A stretch of DNA of 64,000 nt from Sminthopsis crassicaudata (GCF_048593235.1 NC_133623.1:43144211-43208210), one strand, 5' to 3'; shown: positions 38,247 through 50,364, numbered from the stretch's first letter. A program made the numbers and translations. The notes: generated by a model from the sequence alone, not told the origin.

Positions 38247-38886
38247 CCTTTTCATACTGGCTAGAAACTGGAAAATGAATGCATGCCCATCAATTGGAGA
38301 ATGGTTGAGTAAATTATGATATATGAATGTTATGGAATATTATTGTTCTGTAAGAAATGACCAACAGGAGGAATACAGAGAGGCTTGGAGAGACTTACAT
38401 CAACTGATGCTGAGTGAAAAGAACAGAACCAGAAGATCGCTGTACACTTCAACAACAATACTGTATGAGGATGTATTCTGATGGAAGTGGAAATCTTCAA
38501 CATAAAAAAGAGCTAATCCAGTTCCAATTGATCAATGATGGACAGAATCAGCTACATCCAGAGAAGGAACACTGATTGTGTTCCTTCTTACACAATTGAG
38601 TGTAAACTGTGAGCATTTTTTGTTTTTCTTCCCAGGATATTTTTACCTTCTAAATCCAATTCTTCCTGTGCAACAACAACAACAACATTCATATATCAAA
38701 AAAATTCGGTTCTGGACATATATATTGTATCTAGGATATACTATAACATATTTAATATGTATGGGAATGTCTGCCATCTAGGGGAGGGGGTGGAGGGAAG
38801 GAGGGGAAAATTTGGAACAGAAGGGAGTACATGGAATAATGTTGTAAAAAATTACCTATGCATATGTACTTTTAATAAAAAAAAAA
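38247..38886 (+). mobile_element. L1 3' fragment inserted in the satellite core
   Basis: ccttttcatactggctagaaactgg...A-tail; TSD gaaatttgtatt(t/c)tgc (38231-38246 / 38887-38902). Confidence 0.92.
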
Positions 38887-40799
38887 GAAATTTGTATTCT
38901 GCTGCCAAGTGCAGAAGGATCTTTAAGACCACTTCTCACATATGAACACAGTCCACTAGTGGGGAGGGATCTTTGAGATTTCTCACCTTAGATGGAAAGT
39001 AGTACCTGAATGTGAAGGATATTTAAGTATTCTCACATATTAACAGCAAGTCTACTTGAGGAAGGACCCTTTAAAAGTCTTTACAATATTTTTCACCTGG
39101 CCTATGTGCACAGAAATTTTTAAGAGCTCTCCTGACATATGAACAGAGTGCCCCTAGTGAGGTGCGATCGCGGACAATACTCTCCTCACATTGTAAAATA
39201 GCCCAAATAGGCGGGACTCATTAAGACTTCTCATATTTGAACACAGACCAAGGGTGCAGGGATTTTTAAGAATTTTTCTCGCTTATGAATACATGGCCCT
39301 GCTGAGGAGGGATTTTTGTCATTTCTTTTCTCGCATGGAAAATAATGCCTCAATGTGGAGTGATATGTTACAGTTCTCTCATATCAACACAGAATCCCTT
39401 TGCAAATGGATTAGTAAAATTCTTCTCACATTGGTTCATGGGGACTAAGTTTTTAGGAATATTTAAGAGCTTCTCTCACTTCTGAAGGGAATATCCTAGT
39501 GCTGAGGGATTGTGAGAATTTTCTTTTCAAATTGGAAAATAGTGCCTGAATGTGGAGGAATATTTACAAATTCTCGCATATGAAGACAGAACCCAGATGC
39601 AGAAGGATCAGTAAAAAGTCTTCTGAAATTTGTATACTGCTGTCAAGAGTGGAAGGATCTTTAAGACCTTCTCACATAAGAACACAGAGCCCTACAGTGA
39701 AGGGATCTTTGAGATTTCTCTTCTTAGTTGGAAAACAGTAAAGGAATGTGTATAGATATTGAACAATTCTCACATATGATCACCCAGCCCAGTTGGGGAA
39801 GAACCTTAAAAACACTTTTCAATATTGTGCCCTGGGCCTACATGTGCAGGGATATTTAAGAGCTCTTCTCACATATGAAAAGAAAGCACTAGTGAGGATG
39901 GATCTTGGAGCATTCTCTTCTCAGATTGAAAAATAGTCCCTAATAAGGCAGGACCGATTAAGAATTTTCACATATGATCACAGGGACCACTGGTGCCTCT
40001 TCTCACATATTACACAATGCCATCCTGGGGAGGGATCACTGAGATTTCTCACCAGAGATGGAAAATAGTGCCTGAATGTTGAGGGATATTCACACATTCT
40101 CACATATGAAGACAGAACCCAGGTGCAGAAGGATCAGTAAAAAGTCTTCTGAAATTTGTATACTGCCACCAAGTGCAGAAGGATCTTTAAGACCTCTTCT
40201 CACATAAGAACACAGAGCCCTATAGTGAAAGAATCTTTCAGATTTTTCTCCTCAAATGGAAAATAGTACAGGAATGTGGAAGGATATTTAACAATTCTTA
40301 CATATGACCACCAGCCCAGTCACGGAAGGACTCTTAAAAAGTCTTTTCAATTTTATGCACTTGGTCTACTTGTGCAGGGATATTTCAGACCTCTTCTCAC
40401 ATATGAACAGAGTGCACTAGTAAGGCAGGATCTTGGAAAATTCTCTCCTTGAATTGAAAAATAGTCCCCCAGAGGCAGGATTCATTAGGAATTCTCATAT
40501 ATGAATACAGAAACCAATGGTGGAAGGACCTTTAAGACCTCTTCTCACATATGAACACAGTGTGCTACTGGGGAGGGATCTTTGAGATTTCTCACCTAAG
40601 ATGGAAAATAGTGCATGAATGTGGAAGGATATTTAAGAATTCTCAAATATTAATGCAGAACCCAGTTGCAGAAGCATCGTTAAAAAGTCTTCTCAAATTT
40701 GTTTACTGGGTCTCTGTGTGCAGGGAATTTAAGAGCTTGTCTCACTTCTGAACCCTGTGTCCTAATGTGGAGGGGGACCTTTGAGAATTTTCTTTTCAG

Positions 40800-41100
40800 G
40801 AACACTGGGAAGTGAATGTAGATTGTTAGCACTAATGTCCATCTACCCAGGTTACTTATACCTTCGGAATCTAATACTTAACATGCAACAAGAAAATTGG
40901 ATTTACACACATATGTTGTATCTAGGTTATATTGTAACACATGTAAAATGTACGGGATTGCCTGTCATCTAGGGGAGGGAGTGGAGGGAGGGGGGGGATA
41001 ATTTGGAAAAATGAATACAAGGGATAATGTTATAAAAAAAATTACTCATGCATTTATACTGTCAAAAAGAATTTATAATTATAAAATTAAAAAAAAAGAT
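40800..41100 (+). mobile_element. Short L1 3'UTR inserted in the satellite
   Basis: Near-identical to 8810-9110; TSD aattttctt(t/c)tcag (40786-40799 / 41101-41114). Confidence 0.92.
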
Positions 41101-41428
41101 AATTTTCTTCTCAGATTGGAAAATAGTGTCTGAATGTGGAGGGATATTTAACAGTTCTCACATATCAACACAGAACCCAACTGTGGAAGGATCGTCAAAA
41201 TTATTCACAAATTTGAACACTCGGACCAAATGTGGAAGGATCTTTAAGACCTCTTCTCACATATGAACACAGTGCCCAAATGCAGAGGGATCTTTGAGAA
41301 TTTACTTCTCAGACTGGGACATAGTTGGTGAATGTGCAGGGATTTTTACAGGTTCTCACATATAAACACAGAAGCCAAGGTAGTAGGGATTTTAAAAATT
41401 CTTTTCTCAGATTTGAAAATAGTACTTG

Positions 41429-41841
41429 CACATGGCTCTCTTCAACAATGTGATGAACCAAATCAGTTTCATTTGTTCAATAATGAATAGAACCGGCTAC
41501 ACCCAGTGAAAGAACTCTGGAAAATGAATGTGACCATACATAGCATCTCCAATCCCTCTATTTTTGTCTGCCTGAATTTTTGATTTTCTTCACAGGTTAA
41601 GTGTACATTATTTCAAAGTCTGATTCTTCTTGTGCAGCAAAATAATTGTATGGATATGTATACATATATTGTATGTATCATATACTTTAACATATTTAGC
41701 ATGTATTGGTCTGACTGCCATCTAGGGGAGGGGGTGGTGGGAAGGGGGGAAAAGTTGGAACAAAAGGTTTGGCAATTGTCAATGCTGTAAAATTACCCAT
41801 GCATATATCTGGTAAATAAAAAGCTACAATAAAAAAAGAAA
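41429..41841 (+). mobile_element. Older-type L1 3'UTR inserted in the satellite
   Basis: catggctctcttcaacaatg...ctggtaaataaaaagctacaataaaaaaa; degraded TSD gaaaatagtacttg / gaaagtagtgcctg. Confidence 0.85.
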
Positions 41842-43295
41842 GAAAGTAGTGCCTGAAAATTTAGGAATCATTAAACATTGTTACATATGAACACACAACA
41901 ACAGGGTGGAAGGATTTTTAAGACTTCTTCTCGCTTATGAACAATGGGCCCTCCTGCAAAGGATTTTTGAGATTTCTTTCCTCAAATGGGAAATAGAGCT
42001 TGAATGTGGAGGTTTATTTAAGAATTCTCACATATGAACACAGAGTCTAGGTGTGGAAGGATGTCCTTTCAAATTTGTACACTGGGGACAAGTGCAGAGG
42101 GATATTTAAGAGCTCTTCCCACATATGAACACAGTGCCCTACTGTGGAGTGATCTTTGAGAATGTGCTTCTCAGACTGGCAAATAGTTCCTGAATGTGCA
42201 GGGATCTTTAACTATTTTCACATATCAACATAGTGCCCTATTGCGGAGGGGGTCTTTAAGAATTATCTCCTCAGATTGGATAGTAGTGCCTGAATGTGGA
42301 GGGATATTTAAGAATTGTTTTCTATGAGCACATAGCCCAAGGGTGGAAGGATTTTTGAGGGCTCTTCTCATATTTGAACACAGTACCCTAGTGGATGAAA
42401 TTTTGACAATTGTCTTCTCAGATTGGAAAATAGTGCCTGAATGTAAAGGGATATTAAGAGTTATCACATATGAACACAAAGCACACGTGTGGAAGGATCT
42501 TTAAAAAGTCTTCTCAAATTTATACACAAGGCCTAACAGCGTAGAGATATTTAACAGTTCTTCTCACATATACACCTAGTGCCCTACTAAGTAGGATCTT
42601 TACAAATTCTCTCCTCAGACTTGAAAATGGTACCTGAGTGTGGAAGGATCTTTAAGACTTCTCACATATGAATACTCTGCCGAGGGATGGAGGGATTTTT
42701 AAGAGCTTTTCACATATGGACACAGTGCTCTAGTGCAGAGGGAGTTTTAAGAATTCTTTTTTCCAATTGGAACATAATCCCTGAATTTGGAAGGATCTTT
42801 TAAATTTATCACATATGAACACAGTCCCTTAGTAGAAAAGGATCTTTAAGAATACTCTCCTCAAATTGGAAAATGTTCCCTGAAAGTGCAGTGAGCTCTA
42901 AGAGTTGTCACATATGAACAGAGTCCAAGTGGGGGAAATTCAAGAGTTCTTCTCAGATTTTAATAGAGCACCCAAGGGCAGAGGCATCTTGATCTTGCAG
43001 AACTCTTCTCCTATATGAACACAGTGACTAATCATGGAGGGATCTTTAATAATTCTTTTCTCAGATTGGAAAATAGTCCCTGAATGTGGAGGAGTATTTA
43101 AGAGTTTTCACATATAAACATTGTGCCCCGTGGTGAAGTGCTTTTTAAGAGCTCTTTTCACATATGAACACAGTGTGGAGTACTTGGGCTCTGTGTTCAA
43201 GTTTGAGAAGAGCTTTTAGCTATCCCTCCACACTATGGCTTGTATAGTCTGATAACACTTACATATCCCTCCATATTCAGGGGAAGAGAATTCTT

Positions 43296-43452
43296 TTTTT
43301 AAATTTGCATTTCTTTAATCAATGGCAATTTAGAGTATTTTTTCATATGACTAAAAATGGCTTTAATTTCCTCATTTGAAAATTGTTCATATCCTTTGAC
43401 CATTTATCACCTGGGGAATAGCTTATACTCTAGTAAACTTTGAGTCAATTGA
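43296..43452 (-). mobile_element. Internal L1 ORF2 piece with short A-tail, inserted in the satellite
   Basis: Reverse complement matches 8060-8215 (gataaatggtcaaaggatatgaac...gaaatgcaaatt); perfect TSD gaagagaattctt (43283-43295 / 43453-43465). Confidence 0.85.
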
Positions 43453-44589
43453 GAAGAGAATTCTTAATGGTTCCTCTGCACTGGGGCCCTGTGTTCATAT
43501 GTGACAAGAGCTCTTGAAGATCCCTCCTCACTTGGGCACTATTTTCATATCCTAAGGTTTGGAGACATAGATTTTCTCCTCCATAATGTGAGGCCCTCAA
43601 AGAACAGGGAACAACATGGATCCCCCCTTATTGGCCAAACAAACTGTGGAGTATGGATGCAATGTAATGACTCCAGCACATGAAACAGTCACTAGAAGAA
43701 TTTAAGGAACCACAAGGAGATTTGTATAAACTGTCTCAGAGAGGAATAAACTCAGCCAAAATAGTATACACAAAGCAGCCGCAGTGCTTGATACAAAGTA
43801 AGCACTTAACGAATGCCTATAGATGGACTGATTGACTACAACAATAAGTATAATACTAAAATGGAGCCCAAAACTGAATCATTACTCAGCTTGGCCCAGA
43901 GAGTTAGGGAACTATGGGTGCAGAACGTTGCACATAGTATCGGATGTAGTTGCTTGTCAAATGGTTTTCTTTAGCTTTTTAAAAGCAAGAGAGAATCCAT
44001 GAGAGGGGCTGTAGAAATGATTATAATATAAAAATGAAAGGCACCAATAGTAAGTACCTTGAGCAGCAATGTGGGGGGGGGGGCTTCATTTGAGTGCAGT
44101 GATTTGCCTATAGTCACACATAAAACAAGCAATGAACTCACATCTTCCGTTCTGATCCAGTAGCTCAGTTCTACCCTACTGCCCAAGCGTTCCACCTATT
44201 GTAACCTTCAAAGGCAGAGAAGGGAAGACTCTGGCGTAATAAGACTGCTCATCTGGAAGGGGTGAGATTCCATGAAAAAACAAGGCAATTTGCTCAAGGG
44301 AGGAGATGCAGTCCCAGAAACCACTCCTCAAACAAACACTTTTCTCCAGCCTCCCATAAAACTTCTGCAGCTCAATCCCATGAAGTCATCCAGAAATACC
44401 CTGGGTCACTGACAAGGTCACATGACTCAGAGCAAAATGGGACATTCAACTCCTAAACTATGCAGATTCCAGCTCATCTTGGCTCCAGCAGAGCAGAGCC
44501 ATTCAAATAGAAAGCAATTCAGAGAAGCGCAGCATCTCTGGACTGGGAAGAGACTCCAAGGCATTGGGTCCGACCCATTCCCAACCCAG

Positions 44590-44880
44590 AATCCCTCCCG
44601 CCAGCATTCCTGCCGAGTGGCCTCCAGCCTTTGCTTAAAGACCACCAATGAGATGTCTTTCAAAGCATCTCTTTCCATTTTAGGGCAGCTCATCTTGTGC
44701 AGAAGTTTCTACTTCTATAGAGAGCCTGAATCTGTCCCTTCCTCATCCAGGGCTTCTGATTCTGCCCTCTGGGGCCAAGAAGGACAAAGCCAAACTACCT
44801 TCCACTGGAGAACCCTGTGCCTTTCTAAATCTTCTCTTCCTCCATCTAGACATTCCCAGTTCCCTTCAGTGGATATTCCA
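44590..44880 (-). mobile_element. L3/CR1 fragment (antisense)
   Basis: ctccagcctttgcttaaagaccaccaatgag...ttccattttagggcagctc...agaagtttc; the antisense translation contains the CR1-like SLVVFKQRLE. Confidence 0.65.
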
Positions 44881-47800
44881 TAAAATGTGACTTGCTCAGT
44901 TACATGGCTGCTGTCAGAGCCAAGATTTGAACTCAGAGCTTCTTTCTCCAGTGGGCTCTTTCCACAATACAGTTCAAACAAGATGGACACTTTACCCAAA
45001 GCGCTCTCAGAAGCACACAAAGATGAAGCAGCTGTTCTCAGCCCTACTATAAAATCGATCGCTAACTGCAGCTGCTGACCCTTAGACTCTCTCCTTCCTT
45101 CCTGCTCCCCTTTCTGCCCCCCCCAACTGTGCCACTGACAGCTTTATAATGTTTTTGCCTCTTCTGTCCATCATGAAAGTCATCCCAGATGTCTTTTCTC
45201 AACTTGCAGAAGACCACGGGTTCCTTTGGACTCTGAGCTAATGGACCATGATCTCTGGCCGAGTCTCCATCCAAAAGGTGGCAGGCTTTAAGTATGTGCT
45301 TAGTGATAGGACCTTCATTGCTTGAAAAGTTCCTTCCCCATGAACCAGTGAAATCTGACTCCAAGTCTCGTTTAGAGGTTCAATCCCAAACCTAGTTAAT
45401 CAGAGAAGGCCCAGGCAGTGCCGCTGAATTATTCACTCAAGCAAAAGTGGGAACGAGGTGCTTTCAGGTTTACAAACCTTCTTTTTACGGACCAAAAACA
45501 AAAGAGTTGACTCTTTTGGCACTGACCTGATATCAGGAAGAGGCTTCTAATCCTACCTCAAACATGTATTAGCTATGTTATTTTAGGCAATCCACTGGAC
45601 TTCAGAGCCTCAGTTTTCCTCATCTGTAAAATGGGAATAATTGAATCTGCCCCACAGGCCTGTTGTGGGGATCAAATGAGTTAAAGAATGATGGAGATAA
45701 AACTTTATGCTGAGGGTAGATCAGGGAAGAGACTTTCTCAGAGTCAGAAAATAAGTGTCACAGGGTAGGATTGGACTGCAGATCTCTCCTGTCTAATAAG
45801 CCTCATGAGGAGTTGCCACTTCCCACGCCGCTTTCCTCAAATATATTGTTGAGGGATGTGTTCTCCATCCAGTCCGGCCAGTGGCCAGAGGGTCTCATTA
45901 GCTTCCTCTGCTGTTCTGCTCCTCACACTGTACCTGGCGAGAAGGAAAGCTGGCCAACAAGCCTTACTGGTTGCTGGCTGATAGCAGGAGATAGGGCAAC
46001 TGCCACCCTCCTCACCTCGGATGTTACCTGGCCTTTCGCCTGTCCATTAGGGCAAAGTGGGACTCTGGGACAATTTGGGGACATGAAGTGAAACAACCAA
46101 CAGCACTGGCCTGGAGACTCTCAGCTCAGCTTTTAAGTGGTTACATGATCTTGGATAAGTCCCTCTCTCCAGGTTCCATTTTCCTTTTCTGATGAAGAGA
46201 ACTGATGCAGCTTAGTCCCCATGGGTGACCATGGGCGGATCTCAGGCTGCCTAGGAATTGGGATGGAAACAACGGCGTCTTCCTTTTCGCTGACTTCTAA
46301 CTGAAATGTAGCTTAAGGGACCCCGGTCTAGATGACTTCTAAAGGCCTTTCCAGTTGGACCTGTGACCTGTGACCTCTCAAACAGATTAGAGCATAGGGA
46401 GAAGAGTTCCTCCACTAGATCTGAAATATTTTTCCAGCTGTCTGGGCTAGCTCCAGGCCTCATGGAATGAGAGAGATTGGACCAGATAGGGCCTAAACTC
46501 CCACCTGGCTCTCAAGTTCCTCTCTCCGTCTCACCGAGGGTTACACAAAAGCCTTCAAGGAAGCAAGTTCCCCCTCTCGCAGCCAGCCCCAACCCCCTAA
46601 TCCTGGCAAGAACGTCATCCCCTCCCTGTGACCCGGATAGGAGAAATGATGGCCAAATCCAAGCTGGCCAGCCATGTGCTTTTTCAGTCTGTAAAAGCTG
46701 CATTCCTCACAGCTTGTGCAAACAGGAAGACAATGACTGTTCACACATAACCTTAAAAGCGGATATGGCCGGACCATCCAGTGTGACTTGCCCACTTGGG
46801 AGCTTTTGCCCATAAAAGGCCCTGCATGCGGCTCCCTGGGCCACACAGCATCTCTCAGCCAGAGACAGTTTGGCACCTCTCACAGAAGGCCAACAGAACC
46901 TGCTGGTCTTTATCCATAAATAACCTCAAAGCCGCCACCTACGCTTCCAGCTAAATATTGACGGGAGACTCCAGGAACTGCCTCGCTTCCCCTCAGCCTC
47001 TGTATCGTGTCTAAGGATGTAAAGGTGCCACTTTCAATTTGATGTCTGAGAAGTCCGAGGCAATATGGTCGAAGGGTTAGAGCACCGGACTCCAAGTTAG
47101 GAAGTCTGTAGTTAGTTGGCCATTTTCAGTCATGCTAGATGCTTTGGGACCCTGTTTGGGGCTTTCTTGGTAAAGAGGGGTTTGCCATTTCCTTCATTAG
47201 CTCATGTTCCAGATGAGGAAACCAAGGCAAACAGAGTGAAATGAATTGTGGTCACACAGCTAGTCAGCATTTGAAACCAGATGTGAAATCAGAAGAGGAG
47301 GCTTCCTGAGTCCAGGCCCAGCGCTCTGTTCACTAAGGCACCACCTAGCTGCTTCATATCCTACTTCACACTCAGAAGCTCTCTACAGTTTCCTTATCTG
47401 TAAAATAGGAATAATTAGAGTGCCTACCTCATAGAACCATTGGGAGTATCAAATGAAATAGCCTATACAAAACTGTGAAGTACTGTATACATGTCAGCTA
47501 CTGGTCATAAGGCCCTGTCCTTGGTGCCAAGGACACAGTGACAGGGCCAGCCCAGCTACTGGTCTCATGGAGACTGAAAGGGTCTTAAACGCTAACCTGT
47601 GAGAAAAGCCAGAGATCTTAGAGCTGGAAGGGAGCTCAGAAAGCATTAGACTCAACCCTTCATTGGTCAGAAGAAGAAACAGGGAAAGGACCTGTCCAAG
47701 ATCACAAGCCATTCAAACTCAGGCTTGGCTTTCCAACTCCACATGGAGGGAACTATATTGAGAAGTATCTGAGTCTGACCAGGCACGTCATGAAAGGCCC

Positions 47801-48589
47801 GATGGGAAATCATACATCTCACTTCTCAACAGAGACATGGAACGAGGCATACATTGTCAGACGTGGTTGGTGCATTTGTTTGCTTTGCTTGCCTGGACTT
47901 ACTTGTTGCAAGGGAGGTGTCCCTCTTGGGGTAGGGGAAGGCACTGGGAAATAACTGTGGAGATGAAAACGAACATCCCTATAACTTTTTTTAATGTAGC
48001 TGAGCCTAGGGGCCACAGATGGAAGGCAATTAGATGGCGCTGCTGTGAATGGAGCTGGGGGTCTGTAGACAGGAAGTTTGTGCTATTCAGTTGTTTTTCA
48101 GACATGTCCGGCTCTTCGTGACCCCACTTGGGATTTTATTGGCAGAGATACTGAAACAGTTAGCCATTTCCTTCTCCAGCCCATTTTCCAGAGGAGAAAA
48201 CTACGGCAAGAGGCTAGCAAATGTCTGAAGCTGGATTGGAACTCAGGAAGGGGATTCCTTCTGCCTTCACGGACATCATTGTCATATCACTGTTCTGGAA
48301 GATCTGAATTCCAATCCAGGCTCAGATCCTTAGCAGCTATGAGAACCTGGGCAAGTCACTTCACTTCTTTGTATCTCAGTTTCCTTATTTGTAAAATAGG
48401 GATCATAATAACATCTAGCAGGCAGGGTTGGTGTAGGGATCAAATGAGATAACATTTGCAAAGCACTTAGCACAGTGACTGGAACACAGTAGGTGCCATA
48501 TAAAGAATGTCATATTACCTTCCAGGAAACAAAAGTTATCAGATGCCCATCGATTAGGGAATATGGCTAACCAAGCTGTGGTTTAGGAA

Positions 48590-49000
48590 CACTGTGGACT
48601 ATTATTGTGTTGTAAGAAATGAGATATGAGGACTACAGAAAGCATAGGAAGACCTAGCACCGAGTATAAAATGCAGTCAGCAGACCCAGGAAAACTGTCT
48701 GAGACTGTAAGAGCAATTGAAATCAAATGACCAAACTTGGTATTATGGGATAAGTATGCACCTCCCTCCTGCTTCTCAATAGAGTCGAGGACCATGAGCA
48801 TGGAAGGCTATGTACAAAGGCAGACTTTTCCATAACTTGGTTACTTTCAACGAACTATCCCCCCCCACACACTTTCAATTCTTTGTTATAAGAAAGTGCT
48901 CTTTGGGAAGCAGAGAAAAAAGGGAACATTAGGAAATGTTAAAATCTAGGTGATGTCAAAACAAAACAGATGAGTAAAAATTTCTTTAAAAAAATAAAAT
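48590..49000 (+). mobile_element. Old L1 3' fragment
   Basis: gactattattgtgttgtaagaaatgag...; degenerate 3'UTR ending gtgatgtcaaaacaaaa. Confidence 0.55.
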
Positions 49001-49003
49001 ATT

Positions 49004-49180
49004 GGGGCAGCTAGGTGGTACAGTGGATAGAGCACCAGCCCTGAAGTCAGGAGGACCCAAGTCAAATCTGATCTCAGATACTTAACACTTCCTAGCTGGG
49101 TGACCCTGGGCAAGTCACTTAATCCCAATTGCCTCAGCAAAAATAATAATAATAATAATAATAATAATTAAATAAATAAA
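49004..49180 (+). mobile_element. CORE-SINE (WSINE1-like) with (AAT)n tail
   Basis: ggggcagctaggtggtacagtggatagagcaccagccctgaagtcaggagg...ctcagcaaaaataataataat. Confidence 0.92.
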
Positions 49181-50364
49181 GGAGAAAGACTAACTGTGGC
49201 TACTCTTCACCACTGGAATAGCAGACAGAGAACTGGATTCAAATTCTGCCTTTGAGGGGTACTGACCAGGCAAGTCGCTTAAGATCTCCATGCCCTAGTC
49301 AAATTTCCAAGAATATAAGGTGCTGATCAGCATTTGTAAAAGGAGTTCTCCAATACCAGTGGTTTCTCTCAGAGAAGTACACACATCAATAATGTAGCCT
49401 TTGTGGGGCACCCAGGGCTCTTAATGATGTTGCGGGCCGAAGGAAATGGATGGGAGCTGGAAAATTCCAGTCCCCAAACAAAAATAGTACAGCCATTTCA
49501 TTCCCCAGCTGGCCTTTGCTTGACTCTGCTGGTGGCCCCGGCCTCCCGCCTCCTGTCTCCCACATAAAGATGCTGGAAGGTTCGTCAAACAACAAGGCCT
49601 GGACCTTTCCAAGTTAATGCTGTCAGCTGGAAGCCCATTGCCTTTCTGTCTCCAACGGGGCAGGAGAGGCTAAGGGTGGCGGCAGAGGAGAGGAGCCTGC
49701 CTCCTTGACGGGTGGAAGCGGCTCATCTGGGGAGCAAAAGCATATGGTGTTCATCTACCCCTCACGAGGAAGGAAGCTGTGGGGATTAATGAGCTTTGGG
49801 TAATTTGGGGTTAGAAAGTTTGAGAGCTAGAGAACTCATTGGAAGCCCTATAAAGGCAGGCTGGGGGTACGGGAGGATGTTTAAAACGTGGAGGAGATGA
49901 ACTGATGTCAGAGAACCAAAAGAACACGATAATGCAGCAACTATAATGATATAAAATGAAAAGGTCATCAAGAGGAAGCCCATTCCTGAGCAACTGAAAA
50001 TACCAGTACAGATCCCAGAAGGTAGATAATGAAGTCGACCTCCCATCTCTCAAGACAGAGGGGGGAAACTCCCAGGTCTAAATGGTGCAAACAATAGCTG
50101 GGGAGGGGGGGGGGGTTAAGGGTAATTGATGTGTGAGAGAGTGTATTTCCAGAAATAACTGATATAAAATTAGAGAGGATAATAAAACCTATCGAGCAAT
50201 GAAGTACAGAATAGGAAGTTGAATGTCTGTATATTGATTAAATTCGATTAATTTAGGTGTGGATTTCCATCATGGCATGCTATGGTAGAAAGTGTACTGG
50301 CCCAAGAATCAGGAGTCACAGCATTCCAAGATGCTGGATCCAGAAGAGAGCTCATCCATTTCAG

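Larger units (their letters stand above)
30330..43550. repeat. Satellite array: 47-51-bp monomers, ~197-bp tetramer, ~540-bp 11-mer higher-order repeat, with orientation flips
   Basis: Monomers anchored on GGATCTTTAAGA-like starts. a=GGATCTTTAAGACCTCTTCTCACATATGAACACAGTGCACTAGTGGGGAG, b=GGATCTTTGAGATTTCTCACCTTAGATGGAAAATAGTGCCTGAATGTGGAG, c=GGATATTTAAGAATTCTCACATATGAAGACAGAACCCAGGTGCGGAA, d=GGATCAGTAAAAAGTCTCTGAAATTTGTATCCTGCCGCCAAGTGAGGAA (eye consensus). Forward from ~33010 to 43175; reverse-complement copies at 30330-32420, 33131-33232 and 43190-43550. Confidence 0.95.

Noticed and set aside
33010-43175. Satellite as a decayed C2H2 zinc-finger array (gaatgtgga / 'PECG' look-alikes and short ORFs)
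   Set aside because: The period is 47-51 bp rather than 84 bp, is not a multiple of 3, and there is no C-x2-C...H-x3-H spacing or TGEKPY linker. The ORFs are incidental.
33010-43175. Satellite as a CRISPR array
   Set aside because: Eukaryotic context, no constant repeat with unique spacers, and no cas genes.
30330-43550. Marsupial Rsx lncRNA repeat domain
   Set aside because: No PHF6/HPRT1 context is visible and the monomer length does not match the ~34-mer I recall for Rsx. It cannot be supported without a search.
44422-44883. 153-aa ORF as a gene
   Set aside because: It overlaps an antisense L3/CR1 fragment, has no domain-like features, and lacks splice or poly(A) support.
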